From an uncultured Chloroflexia bacterium (GTDB lineage: Bacteria > Chloroflexota > Limnocylindria > Limnocylindrales > CSP1-4): DNA of 64,000 nt. Positions 28,197 through 39,659 of this stretch are shown piece by piece. Below the pieces are notes generated by a model. The model made no database searches and had not been told where the DNA came from. It worked only from the letters and a program-made list of their open reading frames with translations. The position numbers were made by a program, and so were the translations under genes. The DNA lies in contig CAVVYR010000014.1 in assembly GCA_963752475.1 (NCBI GenBank), positions 1-64,000 on the forward strand, written 5' to 3'. Position 1 is the first letter of the stretch; each line of letters opens with the position of its first letter.

Positions 28197-29144
28197 CTAG
28201 CGACGGCTGGAAGGCGCCTGCATGCGGACGTTGGCAGCGCCGACCTGGCGCATCACGACCTGGGTTCGTGGCATCACCGGCGGGCTCGCCAGGCGCACGA
28301 CCGGTGCGCGTGTGGGCCAGGCGGCCGGGCGCGGCTGGCGTGCCGGTGGACTGGGCATGCGGATCTCGGCCGGACGGCTCGCAAACGGTCTCGCCGGTAC
28401 CGGGCGAGCGGATCGGACCTGCGGCGGGCGTCGTGTCGCCAGGGCCGGCATCTGCCGAACGGTCGGGGGAGCCGCCATCGCTCGTGCGGGAGCCGGGCGC
28501 GCCTGGTTGGCAGCCGTGGGCCGGGGCCTCGGGCGGGCGACGACGGCGGGGCGCGGCCTCGGGACAGATGTTGCTGTCGGTCGGGGCGTGACCCTTCGTG
28601 GTCTCGGCGGCGGGACGGTACGGTGAGGCTTCGTCGCCGCGGCAGTCACGGTCGCGATGGCCTTCGCTTGCCTGCTCCGATCCGTGCGCTCGGCCTGGAG
28701 CTGTCGGCGCCTGCGTCGGCCCATCTCGGCCGGGAGTGCCGGCACGACATGCATGCCGCGAGGGACGAGATGCGTAGTGATGGAGCCAGACGGCTCGGCC
28801 GATCCGATGAGCCCCTGGCGCTTGGCAGTGGCCAGCACATAGGCAAGGGCGCCGATGCCGAGCGCCGCGATCATGATCGTTGCGCCAGTGACGAATCCAC
28901 CGAACGAGGCATCGCTGACGACGTTGCGCGACAGCAGGCCGAGCAGCAGCACCGCGGCCACGACGAGGCCGGCTGCGGTGAGCGCCGTGATCCAGAGGGC
29001 GGAGTCGGACGTCTGGCCCGCTCCCGTCGGCGCACCAGGAGACGGCGAGGCGCCGAGTGGGCCGTTGAGGTCAGGAGACAGGCTGGCCTGGGTCAACGTG
29101 CTCGTCCTTCGTGTGGGCTTTGACCACACGTTCCCAAAGGCCAC
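28197..29144 (-). CDS. Hypothetical two-TM protein with Pro/Arg-rich tail
   Basis: Two hydrophobic helices followed by a low-complexity region; start uncertain. Confidence 0.55.
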   Translation of the reverse strand: MAFGNVWSKPTRRTSTLTQASLSPDLNGPLGASPSPGAPTGAGQTSDSALWITALTAAGLVVAAVLLLGLLSRNVVSDASFGGFVTGATIMIAALGIGALAYVLATAKRQGLIGSAEPSGSITTHLVPRGMHVVPALPAEMGRRRRRQLQAERTDRSRQAKAIATVTAAATKPHRTVPPPRPRRVTPRPTATSVPRPRPAVVARPRPRPTAANQARPAPARAMAAPPTVRQMPALATRRPPQVRSARPVPARPFASRPAEIRMPSPPARQPRPAAWPTRAPVVRLASPPVMPRTQVVMRQVGAANVRMQAPSSRR

Positions 29145-29236
29145 CCCGACATCACATGGGCGGGATGTACTCGCCTGAACCGCACCAGACCCTGATGCAC
29201 CGCACCGTCCGTGCGCAAAGACACCCCGGTGTGGGG

Positions 29237-30256
29237 CTAGACCTCTCCGGTGAGCTCGTCCTTGGAGGCGCGTGCCAGCAGGTCGACGACCGAGGTCCGC
29301 ACGTCCTTACCCTCGTAGAGCACCGCGTGGACCTGTTCGGCGATGGGCATCTCGACCCCGTGCTGCCCGGCCAAGGCCACGGCCGCCTGGACCGTGTAGG
29401 CACCCTCGGCCACACCGGGAAGCGTGCCCTCGATCTCCGACCACGAACGGCCGGAAGCGAGCTCGACGCCGAGTCGATGGTTGCGCGAGAGTGCAGACGT
29501 CGATGTCGCCAGGATGTCGCCGATGCCGGCCAGGCCGGCGAAGGTCATCGGATTCGCGCCCAGGGCTACGCCGAGCCGCGTCATCTCGGCCAGACCGCGA
29601 GTGGTGATGGCGGCCTTGGCGTTGTCCCCTGCCCCCAGTTCCTCGACCGCACCGGCCACGATCGCCACGACGTTCTTGAGCGCCCCGGCAAGCTCGACGC
29701 CGATGACGTCGCGGTTGCGGTAGAGGCGGAACGTGCCGCCCCCGAGGATGTCGACCGCCCGTCGGCTGACCTCGTCGTCAGCGGCACCGATGACGGCCGC
29801 AGCCGGTAGGCTCCGTGAGATCTCGAGCGCGAGGTTCGGTCCCGACAGCGCCGCCACGCGGTCGACCGCCGCCGGCACCTCCGAGGCGATGACCTGCGTC
29901 ATGCGCAGGAGCGAGTCGGCCTCGATGCCCTTGGCCACCGAGAGCAGCACCGTCGTGCCGGGCAAGAAGGCCGCGACCGAAGCCACGGTCGAGCGCATCG
30001 CTCGCGAAGGCACCGCGAAGACCACCAGCTCTGTGGCAGCCGTCAGCGTGGACGCGTCGGCGGTGACCGAGACCCGCTCGTCGAGCGGCACGCCCGGGAG
30101 GTAGTGCCTGTTCTGGCCGTCGGCCCGAAGCGTGGCGGCGTGGGCCTCGTCCCGCGCCAGGAGCGTCACGGGCGCAGTCTTGGAAAGCAGCGTCGCGAGC
30201 GTCGTGCCCCAGGCGCCGGCACCGACGACGGCGTAGGCCGGACCGTCGCTCGGCAT
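29237..30256 (-). CDS. gpsA: NAD(P)H-dependent glycerol-3-phosphate dehydrogenase
   Basis: VVGAGAWGT, LSGPNLA, GALKNV, SRN. Confidence 0.96.
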   Translation of the reverse strand: MPSDGPAYAVVGAGAWGTTLATLLSKTAPVTLLARDEAHAATLRADGQNRHYLPGVPLDERVSVTADASTLTAATELVVFAVPSRAMRSTVASVAAFLPGTTVLLSVAKGIEADSLLRMTQVIASEVPAAVDRVAALSGPNLALEISRSLPAAAVIGAADDEVSRRAVDILGGGTFRLYRNRDVIGVELAGALKNVVAIVAGAVEELGAGDNAKAAITTRGLAEMTRLGVALGANPMTFAGLAGIGDILATSTSALSRNHRLGVELASGRSWSEIEGTLPGVAEGAYTVQAAVALAGQHGVEMPIAEQVHAVLYEGKDVRTSVVDLLARASKDELTGEV

Positions 30257-31830
30257 CAGGTGCCCTTGCGCCTCGACTTCTTCGTCGGTTTCCTGGGCCT
30301 GGGCTTGGCCTTGGGCTTGCGCTTCCTGGGCTCCAGCTCCACCTTCGAGCGCTCGCGGAAGACCAGGCGCAACGGTGTGCCCTCGAACTCGAACGCGTCA
30401 CGGATCCGGTTCTCGAGGAAGCGCTCGTAGCTGAAGTGCACCGACTTGGCGTCGGCTGCGAAGAGCACGAAGGTGGGCGGCTCGATGGCGGCCTGTGTGG
30501 CGTAGTAGAACTTGGGCCGGCGGCCCTTGACCGGGGGCGGCTGGTGTCGGGAGACCGCCTCGGAGAGCACCTTGTTCAGGCGCGATGTTGGGATGCGACG
30601 TCGACGCTCGGCGGCGATGGTGAGGGCGTCGTCGAGCACGCGACCCGCACGCTGTCCGGTGAGCGCGCTGATGGCCACCACCGGCGCGAAGTGCAGGAAG
30701 GGGGCCTGCCGGCGGATGCGGGCGGCGTACTCCTCGAACGTCTTGTCGTCCTTCTCGACGAGGTCCCACTTGTTGATGGCCAGGACCAGTCCGACGCCCT
30801 CGTCGACGACGTAGCCGGCCACGTGCGCATCCTGTGAGGTCAGTCCATCCCGCGCGTCCAGCACCAGCACGCACACGTCGGCGCGCCCGATGGCCTTGAG
30901 TGCGCGCAGCGCGGAGTAGCGCTCGGCTGCCGGTCCGGAGGCCACCTTGCCCCGACGTCGGAGCCCGGCGGTGTCTACCAGCCGCAGCTCCTGGTCTTCC
31001 CACTCGAGCGTGGTGTCGATGGCGTCGCGGGTGGTGCCGGCGATGTCACTGACGATCGAGCGCTCTTCACCCAGCAGTTGGTTGAGCAGCGATGACTTGC
31101 CCACGTTGGGGCGGCCCACGATGGCGATGCGCGGGATCGATGCCTCACCCTCGAACCAGGCTTCGGCGGCCTCCTCCTCCCCGGGCTCCTCGGGCATGAT
31201 GCCCTCGTCGATCGACTCGGCCAGCTCGTCGGCCTCGCGCTCTCGGCGCTTGCGCTCTAACTCCTCGAACGACTCCGCGGGCAATGCTTCGACGATGGCG
31301 TCGAGCAGGTCACCGGTGCCGCGACCGTGGAGTGCGGAGACGGTGTACCAGTCCTCCCAGCCCAGGTGCAGGAACTCGGCGCCCTGCAGCTCGAGCTTCT
31401 CGTTGTCGGCCTTGTTGATGGCCATGATCACCGGCGTCTGAGCGCGACGCAGCGCCTCCGCGACCTCCTGGTCGGCCGGGGTCTCGCCGGTGGCGGCATC
31501 CACGACGAAGACGATGACGTCGGCCTCCTCGATGGCCAGGCGAGCCTGGTCCTGCACGCGCTCCTCGATGGCGTCACCGGGGTCGATCTCCATGCCGCCC
31601 GTGTCGATGACGACGTAGCGACGGCCGTTCCACTCGGCTACGCCGTAGAGGCGGTCGCGAGTGGTGCGGGCGCGGTCCTCGACGATGGCCTGGCGCTCAC
31701 CGACGACGCGGTTGAAGAGCGTGGACTTGCCCACGTTGGGTCGGCCGACGACGGCCACGACGGGCAGGCCGGCGAGAGGCGTGTCCTGGTCGACCGTGCT
31801 GGGGCGACGTCGCGATCGGCGGGCGGACAC
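30256..31830 (-). CDS. der: Ribosome biogenesis GTPase Der
   Basis: Two GRPNVGKS G-domains and a KH-like tail. Confidence 0.97.
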   Translation of the reverse strand: MSARRSRRRPSTVDQDTPLAGLPVVAVVGRPNVGKSTLFNRVVGERQAIVEDRARTTRDRLYGVAEWNGRRYVVIDTGGMEIDPGDAIEERVQDQARLAIEEADVIVFVVDAATGETPADQEVAEALRRAQTPVIMAINKADNEKLELQGAEFLHLGWEDWYTVSALHGRGTGDLLDAIVEALPAESFEELERKRREREADELAESIDEGIMPEEPGEEEAAEAWFEGEASIPRIAIVGRPNVGKSSLLNQLLGEERSIVSDIAGTTRDAIDTTLEWEDQELRLVDTAGLRRRGKVASGPAAERYSALRALKAIGRADVCVLVLDARDGLTSQDAHVAGYVVDEGVGLVLAINKWDLVEKDDKTFEEYAARIRRQAPFLHFAPVVAISALTGQRAGRVLDDALTIAAERRRRIPTSRLNKVLSEAVSRHQPPPVKGRRPKFYYATQAAIEPPTFVLFAADAKSVHFSYERFLENRIRDAFEFEGTPLRLVFRERSKVELEPRKRKPKAKPRPRKPTKKSRRKGT

Positions 31831-31833
31831 GGG

Positions 31834-32782
31834 TCAGGCGGCGCTCAGGGAGGACGTGCGATACGGGGCCTCGGCGACCTCGGTCACGGCCGCGCGTGCG
31901 CGTTCGCCGGCCTGCGCCTGAGCCTCAGCGGTGCCGGCGAGCTCGTAGATGCGTGCGGCCACGGCCTCGAGGTCCTCGATAGGGCGTGGAGGTGCCACCG
32001 GTGACACCGATGAACGCGTGGCCGTCGAAGACCGCGGGATCCTCGAGGTCTCGGGCGTGCTCGATCTGCACCGCCGGCTTGCCCACGATACCCACGAGGC
32101 GCGTGAGCTCCTTGGTGTTGGCACTGTTGCGGCCGCCGACCACGACCACGAGGTCCACCGCCTCTGCGAGGTCGGTGGTGTCCTGCTGGCGGCGGATGGT
32201 GACCGGACAGACGGTGTTGACGATCTTGAGCTCGTGGGCGCGAGTGGTGAGGTAGCCGGCAAGCTTCTCGAACTTCCACGGCGGCTGGGTCGACTGCGTG
32301 AGCAGGGCCATGCGCTTCTTGCGTGGGATCTTCACCCAGTCCTCCTCTTCGTCGACGAGGATCGCATCCGGCGCATAGCCCAGGAGGCCCACGACCTCGG
32401 GATGATTGGGTGTGCCCAGCAGGACCACGGTGTAACCCTCTTCGACGAGCGCGGCGAGCTCCTTCTGCTCCTGGGTCACCCAACTGCAGGTGCCATCGAT
32501 GACGTCGAGGGAGCGGTCGTTGGCGCTGGCCATCACCTCCGGTGTCACACCGTGGGCGCGGATGACGACCGAGCTGCCCTCGCCGACTTCGTCGAGTTCG
32601 TTCACAGGCACGACGCCCTCGTCACGCAGCTTGGTGTTCACGCCCTCGTTGTGTACGACCTGACCGAGCGTATGCGTCTTCTTGCCCTCGGCGGCGCTGA
32701 TGCGCGCAGCGTCGATGGCTTCGCGCACGCCATAGCAGAAACCGGTGCGACGAGCGATGCGGACTTCGGAGACGGTACCCAT
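31834..32782 (-). CDS. ispH: HMBPP reductase (frameshift near 31985)
   Basis: GFCYGV, VVHN, IRAHG, DGTC, NTVC, SANT, GTSTP. Confidence 0.93.
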
Positions 32783-32886
32783 GGGACGGTAAGTATCGCA
32801 TCGGCACTATGACTTGGTCGTGACGGGCATCTCTCCTCTGTCAGAGGCCCCTCGCACGGCTACCCTGCCGGCCCTGGCAGCAGCGG

Positions 32887-33564
32887 CTATGCGTCCGGCC
32901 AAGGCTCCCATTTGCCACGGTGTCGGGGCTCGACGAGGGCCGCGATCCGCCGCATCAGCTCGGCGTCCGCAGCCTCGAGGGCTGCGCGCCGGTCGACGTC
33001 TGTGGGGATCGTCAGCGTGAACGGCCGGCCCACCCGCAGGATGATGCGGGTGCCGATGTTGGGCATCACCTGTTGGCGCCGAATGAGCTCGTCGGTGCCG
33101 CTGATGCCCACCGGCAGGACGGCCGTGCCGGTGCGGGTCGCGAGCATCGAGACACCCGGCTTGGGGTCGGTCATGACACCGTCGAACGAGCGCGTGCCCT
33201 CAGGCAGGATGGCTACCACGCCACCCTTGTCGAGGATGCCCTTGGCGGTCCGATAGGCGCCGATATCGCTGCCACCGGCCTTCACCGGTTCCGCGCCGAG
33301 GCTACGGATGAGCACACCGAGCGGGCCCGTGAACAACGCTTCCTTGGCCAGGAAGGTGGGCCGGCGCTCGAGGGCGGGGCTCAGCCAGCCGCCGATGAAC
33401 GGCGGATCGGCGTTGCTGAGGTGGTTGGCCGCGACGATGAGCGGACCCTCCGTCGGCAGGTCCTCGAGACCCTCGACACGGACACGTCCGATCGCCTGCA
33501 ACCCCAGGCGGCAGAGCCCGGCGATGATCGATGGGTACAACGTCATCGCCTGGTAGTCGCTCAT
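32887..33564 (-). CDS. 1-acyl-sn-glycerol-3-phosphate acyltransferase (PlsC family)
   Basis: ANHLSNAD, FLAKEALF, PEGTRS. Confidence 0.9.
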   Translation of the reverse strand: MSDYQAMTLYPSIIAGLCRLGLQAIGRVRVEGLEDLPTEGPLIVAANHLSNADPPFIGGWLSPALERRPTFLAKEALFTGPLGVLIRSLGAEPVKAGGSDIGAYRTAKGILDKGGVVAILPEGTRSFDGVMTDPKPGVSMLATRTGTAVLPVGISGTDELIRRQQVMPNIGTRIILRVGRPFTLTIPTDVDRRAALEAADAELMRRIAALVEPRHRGKWEPWPDA

Positions 33565-34247
33565 GCTCCGCTCGCTCCATCCGCGGTCTGCCTGATGATG
33601 CCGACGACTTCCGCCACGGTCTCGGCGAAGTCCTTGCCATCGGAATTGACGATGACAGCATCATCGGCGGCCTGCAGCGGCGCGATCTTGCGGGTGCTGT
33701 CGAGGTGGTCACGACGGACCAGATCGGCCAGGATCTCCTGCCCCTCGACCGAGTCGGGGGCCACCTCGCGCTGGGTCGCCCGCCGACGAGCCCGCTCCTC
33801 GGCTGAGACCTCCAGCCACAACTTCAGCTCAGCGTCCGGTAGCACGACCGTACCGATGTCGCGCCCCGCGAGGATGACATCGCCCGGGGCCGCGACCTCG
33901 CGCTGCCGTTCCAGCAGAGCTGCCCGCACCGTGGGGTGGGCGGACACGACGCTGACGTTGCGATCGACCTCGCCCACGTGCAGCTGGTCGGTCACGTCCT
34001 CGCCGGCGAGGCGGACGTAGCGCAGGTTGCCATGGTCGTCGGCCACCAGCTCGAGCTCCGGCACCACCGCCACCAGGGCCTCGGCATCGGTTGGGTCGAT
34101 CCGGCGCACGACCGCGGCGAGCGTGATGGCGCGGTAGACGATGCCGGTGTCGAGGAAGCGGTAGCCGAGCTCGGCCGCAGCAGCGGCGCCGACGGATGAC
34201 TTGCCGCTGGAGCCCGGCCCATCGACGGCCACGCGGACACCGCTCAT
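33561..34247 (-). CDS. cmk: Cytidylate kinase
   Basis: DGPGSSGKS, LDTG..YRA, GRDIGTVVLPDA. Confidence 0.96.
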   Translation of the reverse strand: MSGVRVAVDGPGSSGKSSVGAAAAAELGYRFLDTGIVYRAITLAAVVRRIDPTDAEALVAVVPELELVADDHGNLRYVRLAGEDVTDQLHVGEVDRNVSVVSAHPTVRAALLERQREVAAPGDVILAGRDIGTVVLPDAELKLWLEVSAEERARRRATQREVAPDSVEGQEILADLVRRDHLDSTRKIAPLQAADDAVIVNSDGKDFAETVAEVVGIIRQTADGASGA

Positions 34248-35014
34248 CGGCCGGCCCTGGTGGCGGCCAGGCGTTCACGCTCGGCGCTGGTCAAGGACCG
34301 TACGGCGCCAGGTGCGAGATCGTCGAGGCGAAGGGTGCCGATGCGCACGCGCACCAGCCGCTCGACGGGGGCATCGACAGCCGCGAACATCCGCCGCAGC
34401 TGCCGCTTCCAGCCCTGTGTCAGCACGGCTCGATACCAGGTCAGCCCGGGTCCACGTGGGTCGTCGAGGCGAGCGGCCTCGGTGTTCGTGGCGGGACGCA
34501 GGTCCGCGAGCGTGGCCAGGCCCTCGTCGAGCTCGATGCCCTCGACCAGCGCCTGGCCCTGCTCCTCGTCGATCCAGTGCCGAAGCCCGACCGCGTACTC
34601 GCGTTCCACGCCGTAGCGCGGGTGCAGCAGGTGCTGGGTCCAGTCACCGTCGTCGGTGAGCAGGATGAGGCCCTCGGAGTCCTTGTCCAGCCGGCCGACG
34701 GGGTAGAGGCGCGCGCCAGAGCGCTTGACCTCGTCAGGCAGGAAGTCCAACACCGTGGCCGTGGCGTGGCGGTCGCTGACGGTGCTGGTGATGCCTGCGG
34801 GCTTGTTCAGGACGAGGTAGGTCCGCCGGCCGGCGGGCACGACCGGGCGACCATCGACCGCGAGCGCATCCACGGTGGGGTCCACCTTCTGGCCGGTCAC
34901 GGCAGTCTCGCCGTTGACCGTGACCCGCCCTTCGGCCACCAACGTGTCGGCGGCACGCCGGGAGGCCACGCCGGCGTCGGCCAGCGCCTTCTGTACGCGG
35001 ACGGGATCAGGCAT
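34244..35014 (-). CDS. rRNA pseudouridine synthase (RluB/RsuA family)
   Basis: S4 domain; VGRLDKDSEGL. Confidence 0.92.
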   Translation of the reverse strand: MPDPVRVQKALADAGVASRRAADTLVAEGRVTVNGETAVTGQKVDPTVDALAVDGRPVVPAGRRTYLVLNKPAGITSTVSDRHATATVLDFLPDEVKRSGARLYPVGRLDKDSEGLILLTDDGDWTQHLLHPRYGVEREYAVGLRHWIDEEQGQALVEGIELDEGLATLADLRPATNTEAARLDDPRGPGLTWYRAVLTQGWKRQLRRMFAAVDAPVERLVRVRIGTLRLDDLAPGAVRSLTSAERERLAATRAGR

Positions 35015-35771
35015 CCGGGTCGGGCGCCCCGCCGGGCTCAGGCTCCTCGCGATCCTCGGCGGCCCCCTCGGGGCTCTCGGCGGCCCGCTCGGCCTCCGCG
35101 CCGTCTCCGTCCTCGGACTTGGCGTCTTCCTCGGCCTGGGCCAGCTGGGCCGCGATCTCCGCCTCCAGCGGCGGCAGGTCGTCGAGCGAGGTCAGCCCGA
35201 AACGCTCCATGAACTCCATGCTCGTGCCGTAGAGGATGGGCCGGCCGGGGGTCTCTGCCCTGCCCTGCTCGTGGATGAGCCGGCGATGCAGCAAGCCGCG
35301 CACGACATGACCGGAGTCGACGCCACGGATGCGCTCGATGACGCCGCGCGTGACCGGCTGGCGGTACGCGACGATGGCAAGCGTCTCGAGCGCTGCCGGC
35401 GAGAGGCGCACGGCGTCGGCCCCGAGGTAGCGGGCGATGAGCGCACCGCTCTCGGGCGACGTGCCCAGCATGACGCGGTCGCCCTGGCTCACGAGGCGGA
35501 TGCCGCGCTCACGCAGCTCGACCTCCAGGTCGCCGAGCCGCTCGTCGACCTCGTCGGCGCTCAGGCGCGCGACCGTGCGCAACTCCTGCCGCGACAGCGG
35601 TCGCTCGGCCACGAACAGCAGCGCCTCCAGGTCGGCGACCGAGGCCCCACCGCGTTCGTCGTCCTCCGCTTCCACTTCGACCGACTCGGGCGTGATCTCC
35701 ACGTCGAGCTTGGCGACCTGCTCATCCTCGTCTGGGCCCGGGCCGACCGGGATGACCTCCGGCTCGGTCAT
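35007..35771 (-). CDS. scpB: SMC-Scp complex subunit ScpB
   Basis: LSPAALETLAIVAYRQPVTR, IRGVDS, FGLTSLDDLP. Confidence 0.96.
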   Translation of the reverse strand: MTEPEVIPVGPGPDEDEQVAKLDVEITPESVEVEAEDDERGGASVADLEALLFVAERPLSRQELRTVARLSADEVDERLGDLEVELRERGIRLVSQGDRVMLGTSPESGALIARYLGADAVRLSPAALETLAIVAYRQPVTRGVIERIRGVDSGHVVRGLLHRRLIHEQGRAETPGRPILYGTSMEFMERFGLTSLDDLPPLEAEIAAQLAQAEEDAKSEDGDGAEAERAAESPEGAAEDREEPEPGGAPDPDA

Positions 35772-36667
35772 GCCTGCGCCGCCGTCGAACGGCAGACGAT
35801 GGGGCCGAACGGCTCGTCCTGCTCGACGAAGAGCTCGCGGCCCTTGACCAGCTCGAGCATGGCCAGGAAGGTGACCGCTACGACGACCCTGTCGCTGAGG
35901 TCCTCGAGCAGGTCCTGCAGCACGACCACGGGCGTGTCGGTCAGCGCCGAACGGATGATGGCGGCGCGCTCATCGAGCGTGACGAGGCGCAGCACGACTT
36001 CTGGCGGAGGAGGTGGCGGCGGCACCTTGTGGAGTGCCTTGCGCAACGCTTCCGCGAGCACCGACGGATCCAGCGGCGGACCCTCGTCCGGCCGCGAACC
36101 GGCCTTGGCCGAGGCCACCGCCGCGATGGGCTCGCGTCGGAAGACCTCCCAGCCGCTCTCGAGGCGGCCCTTGAGGTCACGGCCGGCGTCGCGGTACATG
36201 CGGTAGAGGATCAATCGCTCGCGCAGGGCGGCCTCGGGGTCGGGTCCCTCATCGACCGGGATGGCCACCAGCTTGGGACGCGGCAGGATGGCCCGGCTCT
36301 TGATGAGGATGAGCTGACTGGCGACCGTGACGAAGGAGCTGATGTGCGACATCTGCGCTTCGTCCAGCGCGGCCAGGGCTTCGAGGTAGGCACCGGCGAG
36401 ATCACCCAGCGGCACCTCGAGGATGTCCAGTTCGCGCTGCTCGATAAGGCCCAACAGCAGGCCCAACGGGCCGTCGTAGCCCTCGACCGCGATATGGGCA
36501 GCGCGGTCCGGGTGGTCGGCGTCGGTGAAGCGCACGCGGGTATCGCCTCGAACCGGCTGGCGCAGCGGGGGGAAGACATGGCCACCGGACTCCGATGTCT
36601 CCGGAGCTGCGCGGCCGGCGCGCCGGGCGGGGCCGGCCATCGTGGGCCGGGCGATGGTATCAGTCAT
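35768..36667 (-). CDS. scpA: SMC-Scp complex subunit ScpA
   Basis: YDGPLGLLLGLI, IKSRAILP, TFLAMLELVK, QDEPFG. Confidence 0.94.
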   Translation of the reverse strand: MTDTIARPTMAGPARRAGRAAPETSESGGHVFPPLRQPVRGDTRVRFTDADHPDRAAHIAVEGYDGPLGLLLGLIEQRELDILEVPLGDLAGAYLEALAALDEAQMSHISSFVTVASQLILIKSRAILPRPKLVAIPVDEGPDPEAALRERLILYRMYRDAGRDLKGRLESGWEVFRREPIAAVASAKAGSRPDEGPPLDPSVLAEALRKALHKVPPPPPPPEVVLRLVTLDERAAIIRSALTDTPVVVLQDLLEDLSDRVVVAVTFLAMLELVKGRELFVEQDEPFGPIVCRSTAAQA

Positions 36668-36687
36668 GGAAGTCCCTCTCCACCGCT

Positions 36688-37179
36688 TCAGGATGCCTCA
36701 TCGGCCAGCTGCAGCGCCACGCCCGCATCGGGATCGAGGGGATCGGCCTGGTGCCGGATGAGCTCGGCCGTGCGCTCGCTGCACCCGGCGTCGAGCGCGA
36801 GGCGAGCGGAGTCGTCGGCGTGGTTGCGCAGCCGCTCGAATGCTGCGCCGAACCCGGGGAGGTGGGAGAAAGCGTGCGTCACGCCCTCACCGTAGCGCTC
36901 TCCGAGCGACCACGCGACGCGATGCCACAGCCGTGTATCCGGCCTCTTGGAGCTGTCGTGCAGCAGCGCTGCCAGCAGCAGCTCCCGGTCGTCGCCACGC
37001 TCGGCCCGCAGCGCGGTCGCGACATCGAGCCCGTGCCGCTGATCGGCCCGGTGCATCGAATCGAAGAGCCGCAGCTGCGGCTCAGTGAGCCAGCCCTTGA
37101 GCTCCGCGTGCTCCTCGTCGCTGACACGCCCGAAGACGTGCCGCACGGTCTGGCGGACCTTGGTCGACCACCAGCTCAC
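36688..37179 (-). CDS. HD-domain protein
   Basis: DQRH, AALLHD, LIRH, LQLAD. Confidence 0.78.
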   Translation of the reverse strand: MSWWSTKVRQTVRHVFGRVSDEEHAELKGWLTEPQLRLFDSMHRADQRHGLDVATALRAERGDDRELLLAALLHDSSKRPDTRLWHRVAWSLGERYGEGVTHAFSHLPGFGAAFERLRNHADDSARLALDAGCSERTAELIRHQADPLDPDAGVALQLADEAS

Positions 37180-37180
37180 G

Positions 37181-37879
37181 TCAGACGCCCAGCAGGAAGC
37201 GGACGATGCCGTAGATGATGTCACCGAGGATGCCGCCACCGCCGATCCAGATGACCAGCAGCACACCGAAGAAGAGCATGGGGATGACGTTGGCGTACTG
37301 GATCTCGAGGTCCTCGAGCTGACGCGCGAGGCTTGTGGGCACGATGCCCTTGAGCACGGCCCAGCCATCGAGCGGTGGGATCGGGATGAGGTTGAAGATG
37401 AAGAGCAGCACGTTGAGCGTCAGCAAGAGCCAGCCGACCTCCCAGAAGAGGCCGCCCAGTGGGTTGTCCAGGATGAAGTCGACGGCGTCGGCGTTGCCGC
37501 GGGCCCAGCGCATGGGTAGGGCCACGATGAGCGCGATGACGAGGTTGCTGGCTGGGCCGGCGAAGGCCACCAGCGCGTGTCCCTGGCGCCCGTAGCGCAT
37601 GTTCATGGGGTTGACAGGCGTGGGCTTGGCGTAGCCGAAGAGCAGGCCGAAGATGCCCAGCGCGTTGAGCACGGCCGTGCCGGCGAGGATGAGGCCGCCG
37701 GTCTGGTCGAAGTGAGCGCGCGGATCGAGCGTCACACGGCCCATGAAGCGGGCCGTGTTGTCGCCCAGCTTCATCGCCGTCCACGCGTGCAGTGCCTCGT
37801 GCACGGGAAACCCTACGAGCAGCATCGTGGCCACCACGATGAAGGCCGAGAAGAGTGCCTGGACGAGGTCCTGGTCCAT
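37181..37879 (-). CDS. Site-2 protease (M50 family)
   Basis: HEALH, AGPASN, NLIPIPPLDG. Confidence 0.93.
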   Translation of the reverse strand: MDQDLVQALFSAFIVVATMLLVGFPVHEALHAWTAMKLGDNTARFMGRVTLDPRAHFDQTGGLILAGTAVLNALGIFGLLFGYAKPTPVNPMNMRYGRQGHALVAFAGPASNLVIALIVALPMRWARGNADAVDFILDNPLGGLFWEVGWLLLTLNVLLFIFNLIPIPPLDGWAVLKGIVPTSLARQLEDLEIQYANVIPMLFFGVLLVIWIGGGGILGDIIYGIVRFLLGV

Positions 37880-37898
37880 CAGGCGTCAGCTCGGTCGA

Positions 37899-38699
37899 TC
37901 ACAGGCGACCCAGAAGCTCCGCCTTCTTGGCCTCGTACTCCTCGGCCGTGATGGTGCCCACGTCGCGGAGCCTGGCCAGCTCGCCCAGGACGGCGGTGAC
38001 CTCGTCAGGCGTATCGGCACGGGTGGGGTCTTCGCCACCGGAGACGTCGATGCGGCTGGTGTCCGGCTGAGGGGCCTGAGCTGGAGCGGCGGCAGGGGCC
38101 GCGGCCGGCGTTGGGGCCGGCGCGGGTCGGGACGCCCTGTAGCCGTCGCCGTCGCCGCCCTCGGATGACTGAAGCTCGTGCTTGGCCGTCATCATGGCCT
38201 TCTTGAAATCCTTGGCGTGGTTCAGCCGATGGAGCATGTCGGCGCCCTGGATGGGTGCGGCGGTGAGCACCTCCATGTGCCCATAGTCGAGGATGCGCCC
38301 GAGCCAGCTGATCTCCAGCTGAGCGTCGTTGATCTTCTCCAGCGAGCTGTCCGAAGCCGACTTGTTGATCACGCCCCAGGCCAGCACCAGTCGGTAGGTG
38401 GTGACCAGGAACTCCTGTGTGCGCCACCACCACCAGCGGATGGCCACGACGGCGATGCCGCCGAGCAGCGTGATGAGCGTGGCCGCCATGCCCAGCGACC
38501 CGAACCAGGTGTCATCACCGAAGACGTTCCGGTCCATGAACTCGTCGGGCACGATGATACGGGCGATGATGAGCACGATGGTGATGCCCCACAGGATGAT
38601 GGCCATCCAGCTGTCCAGGACCAGGGCGATCGGGTGCTGGCGTTCGCGCCGCAGGATGCGCTCGTCCGGTGTGAGCAGCGATTCGGCGTAGGTCCCCAT
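37899..38699 (-). CDS. Membrane protein with bacterial PH and SHOCT domains
   Basis: LEKIND, LGRILDYG; C-terminal LARLRDVGTITAEEYEAKKAELL. Confidence 0.82.
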   Translation of the reverse strand: MGTYAESLLTPDERILRRERQHPIALVLDSWMAIILWGITIVLIIARIIVPDEFMDRNVFGDDTWFGSLGMAATLITLLGGIAVVAIRWWWWRTQEFLVTTYRLVLAWGVINKSASDSSLEKINDAQLEISWLGRILDYGHMEVLTAAPIQGADMLHRLNHAKDFKKAMMTAKHELQSSEGGDGDGYRASRPAPAPTPAAAPAAAPAQAPQPDTSRIDVSGGEDPTRADTPDEVTAVLGELARLRDVGTITAEEYEAKKAELLGRL

Positions 38700-38722
38700 C
38701 TCGCGTCAACTCTCCTTCCCCG

Positions 38723-39658
38723 TCAGGCGCGCGGGTGGGCCCGCGCGTAGACCTGTCGGATGCGTTCTCCGGTGATGTGTGTATACAGCTGTGTGGTGGT
38801 GATGCTGGCGTGCCCCAGGAGCTCCTGGACCACGCGCAGATCGGCCCCGCCCTCGAGCAGGTGTGTAGCGAAACTATGCCGCAACGTGTGCGGAGTGACA
38901 CGCGCGGACAGTCCGGCCTTGGCGGCGGCGGCTCGAAGGATGCGCCAGGCGGACATCCGATCGAGTCGCCGGCCCCGGGCTGAGGTGAATAGCGGTTCGC
39001 GGCCGAGCTGTGCCGGATCGACCCCTTCGCGGCCCTCGTCACGTGCCTCGAGGTAACGCTCGATGGCCTCCTGCGCCAGGTCGCCGACCGGCACCAGCCG
39101 CTCCTTGTCACCCTTGCCGATGACGCGCACGAACCCGCCCGCGTAGCGGTCTTCCCGATCGAGGCCCGTGGCTTCGCTCACGCGCAGCCCAGCCGCATAG
39201 AGCAGCTCGAGGAAGGCCCGGTCCCGCAGCGCCAGCACGCCCTCGCCCTTGGGGGCTTCGAGCAGCGACTCGACCTCCTGCTGGTCAAGCGTGTCGGGCA
39301 GGCGTTGCGACTGGCGGGGCAGGTCGATGAGGGCGGCGATGTCAGCCTCGATGAGCTCCTCCGCATAGCAGAAGCGATAGAAGGCCCGGATCGAGGCGGC
39401 TTTGCGCCTCAGGCTCGTCGGACGCAGCACGCGCGGCGGTCGGGTCATAGCCCCGAGGTAGCCGCGGGCCGGCTCCGCTGATGTGGCCCAGGCTTCGATA
39501 CCCGGCGCGTCACGCCCGAACATGCGCAGGTCGGAGCCGTAGGCGCGGATGGTCGCCACTGCGAGGCCACGCTCGACACGCAGGTAGTCGGCATATGCCT
39601 CCACGGCAAACACGAGGTCGCGCGGCGTTTCGACCATGCTCCCGCCGCCGTCGCTCAT
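38723..39658 (-). CDS. xerD: Chromosomal tyrosine recombinase XerD
   Basis: LYAAGLRVSE, GKGDKERLVP, HTLRHSFATH, LGHASITTTQLY; housekeeping context. Confidence 0.88.
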   Translation of the reverse strand: MSDGGGSMVETPRDLVFAVEAYADYLRVERGLAVATIRAYGSDLRMFGRDAPGIEAWATSAEPARGYLGAMTRPPRVLRPTSLRRKAASIRAFYRFCYAEELIEADIAALIDLPRQSQRLPDTLDQQEVESLLEAPKGEGVLALRDRAFLELLYAAGLRVSEATGLDREDRYAGGFVRVIGKGDKERLVPVGDLAQEAIERYLEARDEGREGVDPAQLGREPLFTSARGRRLDRMSAWRILRAAAAKAGLSARVTPHTLRHSFATHLLEGGADLRVVQELLGHASITTTQLYTHITGERIRQVYARAHPRA

Positions 39659-39659
39659 C